Assembly (NCBI GenBank): GCA_032718475.1
Contig: JAUCBJ010003098.1
Location: 1 to 64,000 of the forward strand
Length of the DNA: 64,000 nt
Direction of reading: 5' to 3'
Source: Nemertoderma westbladi
Lineage: Eukaryota > Animalia > Xenacoelomorpha
Below are positions 61,101-64,000 of the stretch, one piece after another (position 1 is the stretch's first letter; each line of letters begins with the position of its first letter). The position numbers were made by a program, and so were the translations under genes. The notes below the pieces were generated by a model. It did no database searches. It was given only the letters and a program-made list of their open reading frames with translations, and was not told the DNA's origin.

Positions 61101-61702
61101 CTTAGTTAAGTGAGTTATTAGATTGTCCGACACTCGGTAACTATAGTTAAGTGAGTTATTAGATTGTCCGACGCTCGGTAACTATAGTTAAGCGAGTTAT
61201 TAGATTGTGCGACACTCGGTAACTTAGTTAAATGAGTTATTAGATTGTCCGACACTCGGTAACTATAGTTAAGTGAGTTATGAGATTGTCCGACGCTCGG
61301 TAACTATAGTTAAGCGAGTTATTAGATTGTGCGACACTCGGTAACTTAGTTAAATGAGTTATTAGATTGTCCGACACTCGGTAACTATAGTTAAGTGAGT
61401 TATTAGATTGTCCGACGCTCGGTAACTTATTTAAGTGAGTTATTAGATTGTCCGACGCTCGGTAACTATAGTCAAGTGAGTTATTAGATTGTCCGACGCT
61501 CGGTAACTTAGTTAAGTGAGTTATTAGATTGTCCGACGCTCGGTAACTTAGTTAAGTGAGTTATTAGATTGTCCGACGCTCGGTGACTATAGTTAGTGAG
61601 TTATTAGATTGTCCGACATTCGGTAACTATAGTTAGTTAGTTATTAGATTGACCGACACTCGGTAACTATAGTTAGTGAGTTATTAGATTGTCCGACACT
61701 CG
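52152..61702. repeat. 40/41-bp satellite, about 9.5 kb (roughly 235 copies)
   Basis: Unit GTTATTAGATTGTCCGACACTCGGTAACT(A)TAGTTA(A)GTGA with a few recurring variants. Confidence 0.98.
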
Positions 61703-62421
61703 AGAACAGTGCCAACGGCCTATTTTTTATTACTTACTTTTGTATAGATTTCGTTATCAACTCAACAACTTGCCTAGCTATGCCGTCAGTACCGGTTCTA
61801 CTTACAATCCTGATCTTTAATTTATTCTTCTATCTTGATATGAACTAGTTATACTAGATATACTGTGTATATATATGAGTGTACTTTTCTAACTGTATAT
61901 ATTATTATGTTTCACTTGGTTGTTTCACCTTCTTTCTATTGGGATGCTAAAAGGTTTGCAATCGAAATTATTCTCCAAATTTGTACTTTTATTGTGACAT
62001 TTATAATTTACTCTCACACACCATAGGAGTGGTTTATGAGGTGGGCCGTTCATAAGTATGTCACGCACTAGGGGGATTCTAGCTTGCCTTTTGTGAAAGA
62101 GGGGGGGGGGGGGGGGGGGGGGTCGTCTTTTGTGACGGTCACGGCGATGTTATATGCTTTAATGTTAGCTTGACTTTGACTTAACACATTTGTAGATGAA
62201 TGGGTAACTTTATGGGAAAACAATAAACTCAATACATTGTTAAAAATACATAATAAAACCGTACATGGCGCACCTGATGAATATTTAGCACCTCCCGCCA
62301 TTGGGGAGGACATTAAAGCCATTGACCATTATTTTACTTGTTTATTTATATTTAACATTAAATATAACGGAATTCCATCAAGTTTAATTTTTTCAACAAA
62401 CACGCTAAGATTCAGCATGGG

Positions 62422-64000
62422 ATCGAATCAACCCTCTACCCCACCCCACTCTATATCCGTTATTAGGAACATCGAATCAACCCTCTACCCCACCCCACTC
62501 TATATCCATTATTAGGAACATCGAATCAACCCTCTACCCCACCCCACTCTATATCCATTATTAGGAACATCGAATCAACCCTCTACCCCACCCCACTCTA
62601 TATCCATTGTTAGGAACATCGAATCAACCCTCTACCCCACCCCACTCTATATCCATTATTAGGAACATCGAATCAACCCTCTACCCCACCCCACTCTATA
62701 TCCATTATTAGGAACATCGAATCAACCCTCTACCCCACCCCACTCTATATCCATTATTAGGAACATCGAATCAACCCTCTACCCCACCCCACTCTATATC
62801 CATTGTTAGGAACATCGAATCAACCCTCTACCCCACCCCACTCTATATCCATTATTAGGAACATCGAATCAACCCTCTACCCCACCCCACTCTATATCCA
62901 TTATTAGGAACATCGAATCAACCCTCTACCCCACCCCACTCTATATCCATTATTAGGAACATCGAATCAACCCTCTACCCCACCCCACTCTATATCCATT
63001 ATTAGGAACATCGAATCAACCCTCTACCCCACCCCACTCTATATCCATTATTAGGAACATCGAATCAACCCTCTACCCCACCCCACTCTATATCCATTAT
63101 TAGGAACATCGAATCAACCCTCTACCCCACCCCACTCTATATCCATTATTAGGAACATCGAATCAACCCTCTACCCCACCCCACTCTATATCCATTATTA
63201 GGAACATCGAATCAACCCTCTACCCCACCCCACTCTATATCCATTATTAGGAACATCGAATCAACCCTCTACCCCACCCCACTCTATATCCATTATTAGG
63301 AACATCGAATCAACCCTCTACCCCACCCCACTCTATATCCATTATTAGGAACATCGAATCAACCCTCTACCCCACCCCACTCTATATCCATTATTAGGAA
63401 CATCGAATCAACCCTCTACCCCACCCCACTCTATATCCATTATTAGGAACATCGAATCAACCCTCTACCCCACCCCACTCTATATCCATTATTAGGAACA
63501 TCGAATCAACCCTCTACCCCACCCCACTCTATATCCATTATTAGGAACATCGAATCAACCCTCTACCCCACCCCACTCTATATCCATTATTAGGAACATC
63601 GAATCAACCCTCTACCCCACCCCACTCTATATCCATTATTAGGAACATCGAATCAACCCTCTACCCCACCCCACTCTATATCCATTATTAGGAACATCGA
63701 ATCAACCCTCTACCCCACCCCACTCTATATCCATTATTAGGAACATCGAATCAACCCTCTACCCCACCCCACTCTATATCCATTATTAGGAACATCGAAT
63801 CAACCCTCTACCCCACCCCACTCTATATCCATTATTAGGAACATCGAATCAACCCTCTACCCCACCCCACTCTATATCCATTATTAGGAACATCGAATCA
63901 ACCCTCTACCCCACCCCACTCTATATCCATTATTAGGAACATCGAATCAACCCTCTACCCCACCCCACTCTATATCCATTATTAGGAACATCGAATCAAC
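62422..64000. repeat. 49-bp highly homogeneous satellite running off the window end
   Basis: Unit ATCGAATCAACCCTCTACCCCACCCCACTCTATATCCATTATTAGGAAC, about 32 copies with only occasional A>G variants. Confidence 0.98.

Noticed and set aside
52152-61702. CRISPR array
   Set aside because: The 40/41-bp units are contiguous with no unique spacers, there are no cas genes, and the context is eukaryotic.

Overview
Eukaryotic, invertebrate-like genomic DNA that is mostly nested mobile elements and satellites. Two host genes are recognisable: a two-exon hnRNP F/H (glorund-like) gene (14264-24449, +) and the terminal exon of a CEP70-like gene (51025-52151, +). Mobile elements: RTE and CR1/L2-type LINEs, a CRE-like RLE non-LTR element inside a 30-bp minisatellite, a decayed Polinton/Maverick (adintovirus-like) fragment (pPolB, capsid, adenain protease and an unexpected TBP-like gene), and a young BEL/Pao LTR element nested in an older LTR element. 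The main leads are: (1) two divergent copies of a retroelement cargo gene fusing a DEDD/WRN-type 3'-5' exonuclease to three CCHC-type knuckles, one of them between LTRs in the env position; (2) a 412-bp tandem retrozyme-like unit in the hnRNP intron, in which a tRNA-type Pol III promoter directly abuts a minimal hammerhead ribozyme; (3) the Polinton TBP-like gene; (4) an RTE insertion that triplicated the hnRNP splice donor. All family assignments come from reading motifs by eye. No database searches were run, and copy numbers are estimates.
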